64,000 bases of DNA from an uncultured Pseudomonadota bacterium (GCA_963836235.1 CAWIIP010000002.1:1568001-1632000); one strand, 5' to 3'; positions 10,912-20,750 are shown, counted from the stretch's first letter. Translations and numbers: made by a program. The notes: generated by a model from the letters alone, not told the origin.

Positions 10912-11054
10912 CAGGATGCTGAAAAAGTCCGCCGATCAGACTTTTTCTTTTTCGCAAACGAGCCACGGATCACAAAAACCATATTTTAAGTGGCTCGTTC
11001 TATCCCATGACTGTCGACAGGGTATTGAAAAATTCCTTTTCAATACCCTGTTAA
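10908..11054. mobile_element. 147-bp TTAA-bounded MITE-like structured repeat, copy 1
   Basis: TTAA-CAGGATGCTGAAAA...TTTTCAATACCCTG-TTAA with three internal hairpins; homologous to 46497-46643. Confidence 0.7.
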
Positions 11055-11115
11055 GCCGTTTCCTTCCGCCGGGTAGTGGGTTAAAGTAAACGGAAATTTC
11101 ATCCAAAGGATTTTC

Positions 11116-12204
11116 ATGCGCAATACCTTCTGCCTGAAGTGGGACCAAGAACACGGCGCCAAACTGGTGGATTTCCACGGTTGGAATATGCCGGTTTCCT
11201 ACGCCAAGGGAATCCTCTTCGAGCATGAGGCGACCCGTACCGGCGCGGGGCTATTCAACATCTCCCACATGGGGCGGATTCGCCTTTATGGGCCCCAGGC
11301 CTACAAGCTTTGCCAATATGCTTTTACCAACGATCTTTCCAAGGTCAACATCGGCAGCGCCCTTTATGGTTTTCTCCTAAACGCCAAGGGCGGCATTATC
11401 GACGATGTCATCATCTATAAAGAAGCCAATGACCGGTTTCTCTGGATCATTAATGCGGGAGGCCGGGCAATCGATGTGGAACACTTGGTACGCCTTTCTG
11501 TCAGCAAGGACCTAACGATGGAGGTTCTTTCCGATTCGACCGCCCTCTTGGCCCTCCAAGGCCCCAAGGCCGACACAGTTCTGAAACGGTTAGTAAAGAA
11601 CGCTGATTTGAATAAAATCCCTTATTTCGGTTTCGGCCACGGCACGATCCAGGGAAAACCTGTCTTCATCATGGCCACCGGTTATACAGGGGAAGACGGA
11701 TACGAAGTAATGGTGGATGTGAAGGACGCCCCGATGGTTTGGGACTTGCTGGTCAGCCAGCCGGAGGTGACCGCTTGTGGCCTGGGAGCGCGGGACTCCC
11801 TGCGCCTAGAAGCAGGGCTACCGCTCTACGGCAACGACATCGACGAGACCACCCAGCCTTATGAGGCGGGTTTGGGATGGGCGGTCAAGATGGAGAAGGA
11901 AGGCGGTTTTTTCGGGCGAGAGGCCCTGAACAAGACACCGAACCGGAAGCTGATCGGATTGACCCTCGAGGGCCAAAATATCCCCCGTTCCCACTATAAG
12001 ATTGTTTCGGAAGGCCAGGAAGCTGGGGAAGTGACCAGCGGTGTTTTTTCCCCCACCTTAAAAAAGGGAATCGCCTTGGCTTACGTGAAAAGCGAGTTTT
12101 TAGAAAAACCCCTAGCGGTCGATATCCGGGGCAAAGCCGTTCCCGCGCAAAAGACGAAACTCCCCTGGGTCAGGCACGTTACTAAAGCGAAGGCTAAAAC
12201 TTAA
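11116..12204 (+). CDS. gcvT: Glycine cleavage system aminomethyltransferase T
   Basis: FHGWNMPVSY, ISHMG, TGYTGEDGYE, GLGARDSLRLEAGLPLYG. Confidence 0.96.
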   Translation: MRNTFCLKWDQEHGAKLVDFHGWNMPVSYAKGILFEHEATRTGAGLFNISHMGRIRLYGPQAYKLCQYAFTNDLSKVNIGSALYGFLLNAKGGIIDDVIIYKEANDRFLWIINAGGRAIDVEHLVRLSVSKDLTMEVLSDSTALLALQGPKADTVLKRLVKNADLNKIPYFGFGHGTIQGKPVFIMATGYTGEDGYEVMVDVKDAPMVWDLLVSQPEVTACGLGARDSLRLEAGLPLYGNDIDETTQPYEAGLGWAVKMEKEGGFFGREALNKTPNRKLIGLTLEGQNIPRSHYKIVSEGQEAGEVTSGVFSPTLKKGIALAYVKSEFLEKPLAVDIRGKAVPAQKTKLPWVRHVTKAKAKT

Positions 12205-12221
12205 ATCACACTCACTATGAT

Positions 12222-14852
12222 TTAAGGTACCACCGGGGATCGAACCACCGAAATACTTTTCAAGGCTGTTCCGTCCTTATAAATCACCACGAAATATTGG
12301 CCTGGGGGCATGTCATGGCCCTTCTCATCACGGCCATCCCATTCCACCCAGGCGTCCGTTTCGGCGACCACATGCTTATCGTAAATGGTTTTAACCAGGT
12401 TGGCGCCTCTGTCCACAATCTGTAATTGGTACCAACCAGGGCCGTCCCCAAAGGTCACATAGATATTGGCGGGCGGGGTGGTGAAGTCAATAGCTTGTTC
12501 CTTGTCGAGCAGGGAAAGGAGGGAGGGCGCGACTATAGTGGGTGTTGGAAGAACTGCTTTTAGAATGGGCGTTCTCGCCGGCCAAGGCCAGGGCGTGGCT
12601 GGCCTTGGCGGACGCCAAACCCAAGTGGGTGTGGGTCGAATTCTGGTCCGCTTGGGTTGAGGCCTTGGAGTTGACGTAGGAAGCGGAACTATTGCCGGAA
12701 ATGAATAAGGAGTGGGGGATGGCCTTAAATCCGAAATGGGAACAACTCTCGGAAGCGGAGTTGCGGTTGGAATGGGAATAGGTGTGAAGGTTGGCCAAGG
12801 TGTATTGGAAGGGGTGGCCGTAAAGGTCCATGTGGATCGAAGCGTAGGTAATGGGGTAGGTACCAAAGTTGGTTCTTCCGGCACTTTGGGATTGGGGCAA
12901 TTGGAGGGATTTCCATAGAAAGCGATCTGATCCACGTTGAAAGCAAAGGACCCGCGGCCTTTGGACTCGAATCCGATGCCGGTAATATTACTTCCGTCGG
13001 GGTGGGTGGCTTCTCCCCCTTCCGTTTCCCACCAGGACTTGAGGCTCATCTCTTTAAAGGGAACCCTGAAAAAGGTCCAAACCCCTTTGGGTGGGACGAC
13101 ATTAAAGGAATAGCCGTTGATGTCCGTCACGGCCGAACTGAGTACATTGAACCAATAGCTGTTGCCGTCCCCCTTCATCCAAAACTGGACGCCGGTGAGG
13201 CCGTGGATCACGGTGTTAAAGGGGGTGCCGTTGGCGAAGAGAAGGGTCTGGAAAACGGCGTCGCCGCCTTTGGAATCCAGTGGGTTTTCCCCTGATACCG
13301 TGGCGGAAAGGCGGGTTCCATCCGCCCCGGGGTCGCCGTAAGACACGCTCATGTGGCTGTCGGAAGAAGCGACCGTGTTCCATTTCCCGCCCCAACGATT
13401 GACGCGGGTAGGAGGCGAGCCAATGCGGCTCGGGTCATCGAAATCGTCGATCACCCGGTCCAGGCAGTCGTCCGAAAGGGGTGTGGGAGTGATAGTGGGA
13501 GTCGAGGCTTCCTTTGCTCCGGGAGTGGAACAATCGGGAACGCAAGAACCGTAAAAGGAAACTTGGGCCAGGCTGTAGGAAAAGTCGCCGGACTCCATGG
13601 GAAAAAATTGGATTCCCGTCACGTCGGTCCCGTCGGGGTTTTGTGGCAGGTCGGGCTGGCCCCCCAGGGATTTGCGCGTCATCTGGACAAAGGGGATTTG
13701 GTAAAAGGTCCATTGCCCCGGGGAGGTATGGATATTAGCCCCATACCAGGTCCAATTGTCGGTCACCGCCATGTTCGGCACCTCGACCCGATAGGTCCGG
13801 CCATCCCCCTTCATGTAAAACTGAACACCCGTCAATCCATGGCAGGTGGCGTTAAAGGGAGTACGCCATTCGTAAAGGGGGCATTGAAAAATAGCGAAGC
13901 CGGAGCTTGTTCCGGTAACCCCCGCAGAGCTTTGGCCGGCGCTTTGTCCCGGTCCGCCGTAAGTCACGCCGATGCTGCCGCTGGAAATATTCGTCCTCCA
14001 ATGTCCACCCCAAAAATTCGCCCGGTCGGGTGATTTACCGTTGCGGCTGGGGTCCTGAAAGTCGTCGATCAAGGTCGAAGGGCAGCCTTTCCACATCGGG
14101 CTTGGCCCAAGGGCCGGGGCCCCATCGGAGGGGGCGCCAATGGGCCGGTTAAAAGTGATGGTGAAATCGAAATCTTTTTTCTCCCCTTTTTCCCAAATCC
14201 AGTTGGGTTTGGAATCGTTGTGAGAATAGACCATGGACAATTGCGGGCTGTAAAACCGGTTATCCGCCATCACCAAATGAAGACCTTCCGAAGTCATTTG
14301 GACTGTCAGGCCCCCATGGTTGTGGGAGGGGCCCATGGAAAGGGGAGCCGAATCGGCCTGGCGGATAGCCCAATCGGTCACCCGGTCCACCGGAATAAGG
14401 CCCTCATTATCATTGAACTCGTAGGAGTCGCCTTGCCAATCCGAATAGGGAAAACTGGCGTAGACATCGATACAGCTGACTTCCACCGATTCCCGGGGCA
14501 CCAGATGATAATGGATGTGCAGGCCCGTGCCAGAGGGTTCGACACTATATTGGAGGTCCACCGGAACCCCATGCACCCGGGTGATAGCGTTGAAACCCGG
14601 TTCAAGTTCGGAGGAACGCCCCGCCTGAAATTCGAAAGTTCCTTCCCAATGTTTCTCAACAAAATTTCCAGTGAAAATGACCGGGTTGATATGGACAACC
14701 TCTTGAAGATGGTCCTTCACGACGATGGTGCCGCTATCGAAAACCTCGGTGGTCAAGGAAGGGGTGCTGTTATCTGCCGTCGCGATAGCCGGATGAAAGG
14801 GGCCTAAGGCCAGAAGCCCCCATAACCAGTAGCGTTTGACAAAGTTATTCAT
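12222..14852 (-). CDS. Secreted protein with two CIA30/CBM11-like domains, Pro/Thr linker and C-terminal FlgD-Ig-like domain
   Basis: Signal peptide; duplicated IDDF.DP.R.G..P.R.N.WGG.W...HGLTGVQF.MKGDG block; C-terminal WDGRDEKG...PGQYFVVI. Confidence 0.7.
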   Translation of the reverse strand: MNNFVKRYWLWGLLALGPFHPAIATADNSTPSLTTEVFDSGTIVVKDHLQEVVHINPVIFTGNFVEKHWEGTFEFQAGRSSELEPGFNAITRVHGVPVDLQYSVEPSGTGLHIHYHLVPRESVEVSCIDVYASFPYSDWQGDSYEFNDNEGLIPVDRVTDWAIRQADSAPLSMGPSHNHGGLTVQMTSEGLHLVMADNRFYSPQLSMVYSHNDSKPNWIWEKGEKKDFDFTITFNRPIGAPSDGAPALGPSPMWKGCPSTLIDDFQDPSRNGKSPDRANFWGGHWRTNISSGSIGVTYGGPGQSAGQSSAGVTGTSSGFAIFQCPLYEWRTPFNATCHGLTGVQFYMKGDGRTYRVEVPNMAVTDNWTWYGANIHTSPGQWTFYQIPFVQMTRKSLGGQPDLPQNPDGTDVTGIQFFPMESGDFSYSLAQVSFYGSCVPDCSTPGAKEASTPTITPTPLSDDCLDRVIDDFDDPSRIGSPPTRVNRWGGKWNTVASSDSHMSVSYGDPGADGTRLSATVSGENPLDSKGGDAVFQTLLFANGTPFNTVIHGLTGVQFWMKGDGNSYWFNVLSSAVTDINGYSFNVVPPKGVWTFFRVPFKEMSLKSWWETEGGEATHPDGSNITGIGFESKGRGSFAFNVDQIAFYGNPSNCPNPKVPEEPTLVPTPLPTLRSTWTFTATPSNTPWPTFTPIPIPTATPLPRVVPISDLRPSPTPYSFPAIVPLPTSTPRPQPKRTRIRPTPTWVWRPPRPATPWPWPARTPILKAVLPTPTIVAPSLLSLLDKEQAIDFTTPPANIYVTFGDGPGWYQLQIVDRGANLVKTIYDKHVVAETDAWVEWDGRDEKGHDMPPGQYFVVIYKDGTALKSISVVRSPVVP

Positions 14853-14971
14853 AACCAGGATTCTAACAGGCCTTCTCTCCGTTCAAGAGGGTAGATTAGT
14901 GTCTTGGCTTCCGCGAAAGGTTTAGGACAGGTTTATTTTGGCTTGAGGAATAAAGAGAAGAGGGTTCAGGT

Positions 14972-15151
14972 TTAGCGGGTTTCGGACTTTCCATCTTTTT
15001 GGAATGGAGGATGGGGGGGCACATGGTTTCTTTTCACGATCTTTCTCAGACCGGAATAGGGAGGACGAGTATGTTTCCGTTCGTTCGGAAATGCCCAAGC
15101 GGATACCGCCAGAAGAAGCAGAGGTATCGCGATCACAAGCCATTTTTTCAT
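14972..15151 (-). CDS. Small basic secreted peptide (59 aa)
   Basis: MKKWLVIAIPLLLLAVSAWA signal peptide followed by a Lys/Arg/Pro-rich tail. Confidence 0.5.
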   Translation of the reverse strand: MKKWLVIAIPLLLLAVSAWAFPNERKHTRPPYSGLRKIVKRNHVPPHPPFQKDGKSETR

Positions 15152-15200
15152 GAAAACATTCCTTAAGCTCAAGCCTTCCATCGAACGGCTCCTCACTCGC

Positions 15201-16274
15201 TTAGTAACCAGTATATTCATCCACGACATGCTTGCCAAAGTCGACCAAAAATAACCCATTAGAGCTATTTAAGGTTAAAAACGCCGGATAGGTGAAACCA
15301 TCTATTTCCCCGAGATAGGCTCCTTGAGCCGTGGCGTAAACAACGCGGGAATTGTTCGAATCCGAAATATAAAGATTGCCCTTTGAATCCACCCCGACGC
15401 CTATGGCGGAAGATAAGGCCGTCACCCAATTTGATCCGGTAAAAGAATGGATGTAGTGATAGTTATTGTTAAATTCGGCCACTTCGTTGCCGGCAGCCGT
15501 GTAAATATTTCCGCTTGCGTCGAGCGCTACGTCATTTGGATAAATGGCGGTGGTAGAGCCCGAGGATTGGTGAAGAATGGAATCATCATTCCATAAAAGG
15601 TTATAGATAATTCCGGACGAATTATCAGACACAACCAAGTTTCCACCGGCGTCGATTTTGACACCGACCGGGTCATTTATTTGGCCTTGGCCGCTCCAAC
15701 TATAATCATAGGTATAAGTGGTTGCCGCCGAAGCAGTCAAAATATACCCATCGACTACCCCATTGCCTTGGTTGGCAACGTAAAGTTCCCCGTAAGAATC
15801 AATGGCCAATCCTTGGGGATTGTTTGCGGGAATAGAATAAAGGTAAGTCGTGACAGTGCCGGCAAGGCTGAATATTTGCACCGCGTTTGAACCAAAATCA
15901 CCCACCGCGATGAAGCCCGCGCCTACGGCGATGCCCCATGCGGCCTCAAAATCACCATTGATTCCATCGTTACCCGATTGGCCAAAAGTAGCAATCGGTG
16001 TCATGGCGGCAAGAGGCGTAAAGGTCATCGTCGGCGTCGCGGACCCCGTTGGAGTCGCTGTCGGCGTATTCGTGGCGGCGGGATGTCCCCGCGTTGGGGT
16101 GATGGTGGGAGAGCCGGGAGTCGAAGTCGGGGTGGAAGTGCTAGTTCCCGGCACATAGTAGATCGTGACCGGGGCCGGGGAAGAGGCCGAATTGTCTTTG
16201 CTGCTGCAGGACCAGGCTAAAATTAACAAGAGTCCAAAGAAAACAGTGAGGGAAAAAGATTTTTTAAAAGACAT
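15201..16274 (-). CDS. NHL-repeat beta-propeller lipoprotein with Thr/Pro linker
   Basis: Lipobox-like AWS-C, TPT linker, repeats PQGLAID, PNDVALDASGNIY, GVGVDSKGNLYISD. Confidence 0.8.
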   Translation of the reverse strand: MSFKKSFSLTVFFGLLLILAWSCSSKDNSASSPAPVTIYYVPGTSTSTPTSTPGSPTITPTRGHPAATNTPTATPTGSATPTMTFTPLAAMTPIATFGQSGNDGINGDFEAAWGIAVGAGFIAVGDFGSNAVQIFSLAGTVTTYLYSIPANNPQGLAIDSYGELYVANQGNGVVDGYILTASAATTYTYDYSWSGQGQINDPVGVKIDAGGNLVVSDNSSGIIYNLLWNDDSILHQSSGSTTAIYPNDVALDASGNIYTAAGNEVAEFNNNYHYIHSFTGSNWVTALSSAIGVGVDSKGNLYISDSNNSRVVYATAQGAYLGEIDGFTYPAFLTLNSSNGLFLVDFGKHVVDEYTGY

Positions 16275-16511
16275 CGCGTTCCTTTTGGCTGACACAATGA
16301 GGCCGAGTCTATTTAAACCCCGCGAAAAAGGGAATGTTACTTCGGTATTGTTTTGGTAAATTTTAAGAAGGCTTATCTGGGGCCGGTTTGAGGCATTTTG
16401 AGTAGATTAAGAAGGCTGTAACCCAAACGGCGATTTAACCGTCTATAAATCGGCATCCATTTGGCAGGCATCGCTGTTTGTCTATACCCAAGACTCAAAA
16501 GGAGAGGTTCG

Positions 16512-17699
16512 TTGAAAATAACCTTAAATCGATCGCTTGTTTTGGGTTATATGCTTTTAGCCTGTCTCGCGCCGGCCTGGGCTCAACAAACTGAAAACGC
16601 GCAGAAATATTTAGCCGCGGCCGCTAAAGCCTATCAGGCGGGGGAATTGGAGACGGCCACCCAATATTATCAGGCCGTGATCAAACTCGATCCGAAATCC
16701 GCCGCCGCTTACCAGGGTTTAGGCAACTGTGATTACCGCCTGGGCCATATTACGGAAGCCTTGAAGGCCTTTGACCAATCCCTCGCCCTCAACCCGGACA
16801 ATCCCCAATTGACCGAATTTGCCGCTGGCCTGCGAGATGGCGCCGCCCCCTCCACCGAATTGGCGAGTGACGCGGACAAAGAAGAAATCGAGAAAGATAT
16901 GGATGAAATTGAAACGGAGATGTTCCATCCCAATTGGACGGGACAATTGGGTTTGAGCCGTTCCGGCCAACCTTCCCAAACGGGGCAAGGCCAGGTCCAG
17001 ACTGAACTGGATTTCACGGGTACCTATCACATTACCGAAGGGGGGCATTATTTTTCCGCCGGGGTCGGAGCAGGGAGGCAAAAGCAGGAAGGGGCTTTCC
17101 CGAATTACGGGAAAGCGACCCTGGAAGGCGGTCTGGGGCTGGGTTTTTTCCTGCCTTCGCTGAATGTCCAATTGGAACGGGGTCAAACAGGGCTCAACTC
17201 CAACGCTTTGACGGCGAATTTGAACTTCCAGGTGCTGGAACAACTTACCCTGGGGATGAGCTTTAACGGAACGCTTGAGAGCCACGACGGTCCCGCTTCC
17301 CTGGTGGGCGCCACCGCGGTGACGTTAGCCGAAACGACAGTGGAAATTGACGATAGGGATGGGTCGGCCAGCGTGATGGCCGAATACAATCCCTGGGATT
17401 TCCTCAGCTTTACCCTTACGGGGGAGGAAGAATATGACGAAACTTATCAAGCCCAGGGCTTGCGGCACCTGAGGACGGTTTCGCTCAATGAATCCGACCA
17501 AATCAATTCCCTTAGTCTCATGGTGGATTTGACTTTCTTGAAAGATTTTGAATTACAGTTGACGGGGCAAACCGGGGTGGAGAATTTGCCCGCCGGAACG
17601 GTCTATAGCCGGGTTCAGGCGGAAACCATCACGCTCACCCAACCCACCGCCGAGACCTTCAAGGGCTACACCTTCGCCCTGTTATATAACTTTGATTGA
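16512..17699 (+). CDS. TPR-containing probable outer-membrane beta-barrel protein
   Basis: AGGAGAGG then TTG at 16512; signal peptide, TPRs (AAAYQGLGNCDY), alternating beta-strands, terminal LLYNFD. Confidence 0.6.
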   Translation: MKITLNRSLVLGYMLLACLAPAWAQQTENAQKYLAAAAKAYQAGELETATQYYQAVIKLDPKSAAAYQGLGNCDYRLGHITEALKAFDQSLALNPDNPQLTEFAAGLRDGAAPSTELASDADKEEIEKDMDEIETEMFHPNWTGQLGLSRSGQPSQTGQGQVQTELDFTGTYHITEGGHYFSAGVGAGRQKQEGAFPNYGKATLEGGLGLGFFLPSLNVQLERGQTGLNSNALTANLNFQVLEQLTLGMSFNGTLESHDGPASLVGATAVTLAETTVEIDDRDGSASVMAEYNPWDFLSFTLTGEEEYDETYQAQGLRHLRTVSLNESDQINSLSLMVDLTFLKDFELQLTGQTGVENLPAGTVYSRVQAETITLTQPTAETFKGYTFALLYNFD

Positions 17700-17840
17700 G
17701 AGACGGGATTCACTCCAATAAAAAGACATTTTTATAAGTTTTTCCAACTGCGCGTGGGGTAAAGGGCTGGGAAACTTTTAGAGGTTTCGATTCGTCAAAT
17801 GTAGCGTAGGAGAAATCAACTCATTTTTGGGGGAATAGTC

Positions 17841-18254
17841 ATGAACCGATTAATCTTGATGGCAACTTTGGCGCTATTCATGGGAACCAGCTCGTTGGTA
17901 TTGGCCCAAACCACGGCTCCGGTCCCCCATCCAAGGATCAAGGAAGTCCACGCCCGCATGCACGATCAGATGATCCGGGTCCGTGCGGGAGTCAAGTCTG
18001 GCAAACTCACCAAGGAACAGGCCCAAGCCCTGAAAGCCTCACTGAAAGCGGTCCGGGCGCAAATGCAGGCCGACTTCACCACGAACGGCAAAAAGGAACT
18101 GACGCCCGACCAGCTGGCGCAGTTGAACCAAATGCTGGACGCGAATTCAAAGACTATTTATGGCGAGAAACATGATGACTCCACCGTTCCCGCCGGCGGT
18201 TCATCGCCCGCCGGAACTTCCCCGGCTGCTGGAAGCGCCCCGGCGACCAACTAA
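17841..18254 (+). CDS. Secreted helical protein
   Basis: Signal peptide ending VLA-Q; GVKSGKLTKEQA / GKKELTPDQ helical repeats. Confidence 0.7.
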   Translation: MNRLILMATLALFMGTSSLVLAQTTAPVPHPRIKEVHARMHDQMIRVRAGVKSGKLTKEQAQALKASLKAVRAQMQADFTTNGKKELTPDQLAQLNQMLDANSKTIYGEKHDDSTVPAGGSSPAGTSPAAGSAPATN

Positions 18255-18273
18255 TAAGCTGTTTTTTCAGGGG

Positions 18274-18310
18274 AAAAGCCGGGTGGCGTTTAAGCCCCCG
18301 GCTTTTTATT
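18274..18310 (+). terminator. Intrinsic (possibly bidirectional) terminator
   Basis: AAAAGCCGGG...CCCGGCTTTTT stem-loop 20 nt after the stop codon. Confidence 0.75.
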
Positions 18311-18429
18311 TTGTTCCCCGCCTCCCTTTTCGGCATTAATCCGCAGAAGCAAATCCAAACGACACTTCCAACCTTAATTTGTCGTCCAAACCTTGAAGTT
18401 TTATTCATCCGTGGGAATATTAAAACATA

Positions 18430-20625
18430 TTGAGCGCCTTTAAGGCAGGGTCTATGTTCATTAGCCTGGGCTTATTCTTTTTTACTCTCTTCTTCTATCT
18501 GCGGACCCTCTGCGCCACCTTCAACATCAATGATTCGGGCGAAACCATTATGGACTGCGACCTTTTGGCCCTGGCCCATTCGCCCGGCTACCCCCTGCAT
18601 ACCCTTTGGGGGCGCTTGAGCTGCCTGCTTCCCCTGGGCCAGCCCATGTTCCGGCTGACCTTTTGTTCCGCCGTGATGGGGGCTTTTTCCGTCTTGATGG
18701 TTTACGGAATCCTGCGCTTTGTCTTAAAAACAACGCCGGAATCTTCCGGCGGCACCGGCTTGGATAAAGAAAGCTGGATGTGGGAAGTACCTTCCCTTTT
18801 TGGCGCGCTGGTTTTCGCTTTTTCCTATCAGCAATGGTTCCAAGCTTGTGGGGCGAAGGGTAGCATCTATACTTTGAACACCTTGCTGGCGACCGTCATG
18901 CTTTTCCTGCTCTTAAAAATGCGGGAGCCGGGCCGGTTCTCGGGCAACTTTTTATCCGCCGGGCTAGTCCTCGGATTGAGCCTTTCCGTCCATTGGGAAA
19001 CCCAAGCCGTGCTCTTACCTGCCTATTTTTGGCTTTTGATCACCGCTCAAAACCGGGTGCCGGTGGGGGACTTGGTCCGCAATCTCCTGAGGCCCTTTGA
19101 TTTGTTGGAAAGGGTTAAAAAACTGGCCGGTGCTTTTGGCGGGAAGACCGGGCTGGTTCGTGCCGTGGTTTTTCTTCTACTGCCTCTTTCCACTTATCTT
19201 TACCTGCCCATTCGGGCCCATGGCAATCCGGTCATTAACTGGTGGAATCCGGGAAGTTTCAGCCGCTTCCTCACGGTCGTCCTGCGAAAGAATTACGCGG
19301 GTACGGACGCCCCCCGTTCCCTGGATACCATCCACCGCAACCTGGACCGTTTTTGGGTCCACGCCCACAACCAGTATGGCGCCGGGTTCACGGCGGCGAT
19401 TTTTCTTTTGGCCTTGGCCGGAGGGGTTTGGCTTTACCACCGCCGGAAAGAAATAGCCCTGGGGTTTCTATTGTTTGGGGGAGGGGTAGGGGCTGGGGTG
19501 GTTTTTTACAACGCTCCCAAGGCGGGATACGAGTGGACGCTGGATAATTTCTTTACCCCCTTTTTCCTGGCTTTCGCCTGCTTCGCGGCGGCGGGGATGG
19601 CGGCCCTTTGCCGTTGGTTCTCAAAACAAGAGTTGTCCAACCTAGCCCGCTTCAGCCTGGGAGCTTCTTGCCTGGGCTTGGCCCTGATGCCGTTGGCATT
19701 GAATTACGGGGCCAACGACCAGAGCGCCTATACCGTTTCCTACGATGAGGGGCTTAACATGCTCAAGACCGCCAGCCGGAACGGGGTCATCGTTTGCAAC
19801 GGGGACATCGATATTCTCCCGCTTTGGTACCTACAGTTTGTGGAAGGGAAGCGGCCCGAGGTGGCCAGTTTCACCACCCAATTGGTGGGTCTTCAATGGT
19901 ACCGGGACGACATCTTTCGCAACTGGCCTTCCCTCCAGACAGTCCTTCAAGGCGATGGGCCGCCCGACATGGCGGTAGAGAAAATGATCCAGGCCCACGG
20001 CTTCGAGAGGCCCTTTTACGTCACTAATATCTTTCTCCAGGGTGCGGCCTGGCTTGGGAAGACCCATCCTATGATTCCGGATGGCTTGTTGTGGCGGCTG
20101 GCTGATACCCAGGGACAAAATTTCACCTTCAACTCAGTCAGGCTCAACCAACTTTGGTCCAATTACGATCTGCGCAACCTGGGGCCCCCGAAGGGAAAAT
20201 ACTGGGACGATTACACCGATGTCATGAAGGATTCCTATGGCCAAGCCTGTTCCTTTACCGGCGCCATGGCCATGAACACCCAAAGCCCCCAATTAGCTGA
20301 GTGGAGCTACGCGAAAGCCCTGGAGTACCACCAGCCCCAGCAAAGGGGAGTCACCTATTTAAGTCTGGCGGACGCCGAAATGGCGATGGGCCGCCCGGTG
20401 GATGCCGTTTCCCACTATCAAATGGCCTTCCGTTCCACTCTGCCCCAGGCTTACGCTCCTTACACCTATGCTCGTTTGGGGGATGCCTTTTTAATGGAGA
20501 AGGATTACGTGAACGCGGAAGACGCCTTTCACTTATCCCTGCGGTTCAATCCCCAGCAGAAGGAAGCCTTGGACGGTTTACGGCAGTTGGACATTCTCCG
20601 AAGCGAACCCGATCACCGTTCGTAA
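18430..20625 (+). CDS. DUF2723 / TMEM260-like membrane glycosyltransferase with C-terminal TPRs
   Basis: NDSGE and AHSPGYPL motifs, YLYLPIRA..NP.INW, GDIDILPLWYLQ.VEG.RP, TPR tail. Start may be a nearby downstream ATG. Confidence 0.85.
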   Translation: MSAFKAGSMFISLGLFFFTLFFYLRTLCATFNINDSGETIMDCDLLALAHSPGYPLHTLWGRLSCLLPLGQPMFRLTFCSAVMGAFSVLMVYGILRFVLKTTPESSGGTGLDKESWMWEVPSLFGALVFAFSYQQWFQACGAKGSIYTLNTLLATVMLFLLLKMREPGRFSGNFLSAGLVLGLSLSVHWETQAVLLPAYFWLLITAQNRVPVGDLVRNLLRPFDLLERVKKLAGAFGGKTGLVRAVVFLLLPLSTYLYLPIRAHGNPVINWWNPGSFSRFLTVVLRKNYAGTDAPRSLDTIHRNLDRFWVHAHNQYGAGFTAAIFLLALAGGVWLYHRRKEIALGFLLFGGGVGAGVVFYNAPKAGYEWTLDNFFTPFFLAFACFAAAGMAALCRWFSKQELSNLARFSLGASCLGLALMPLALNYGANDQSAYTVSYDEGLNMLKTASRNGVIVCNGDIDILPLWYLQFVEGKRPEVASFTTQLVGLQWYRDDIFRNWPSLQTVLQGDGPPDMAVEKMIQAHGFERPFYVTNIFLQGAAWLGKTHPMIPDGLLWRLADTQGQNFTFNSVRLNQLWSNYDLRNLGPPKGKYWDDYTDVMKDSYGQACSFTGAMAMNTQSPQLAEWSYAKALEYHQPQQRGVTYLSLADAEMAMGRPVDAVSHYQMAFRSTLPQAYAPYTYARLGDAFLMEKDYVNAEDAFHLSLRFNPQQKEALDGLRQLDILRSEPDHRS

Positions 20626-20750
20626 TTTACAAAAAGAACATCTCTCAGGATAAAACTGGAAAACGCTTCGGTTTTTGATATAGTCATTCCCGTCCCCACA
20701 CCTCTCCACGCTTTCCAAGCCTAAGACATTTCCACAACCCAGGAGTTTTC

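Noticed and set aside
20595-20660. Possible glycine riboswitch before gcvH (CCGAAG...CTCTCAGG)
   Set aside because: Lacks the upstream GGAGA and the GAAGGAG pairing partner, and partly overlaps a CDS. An Rfam RF00504 search would settle it.
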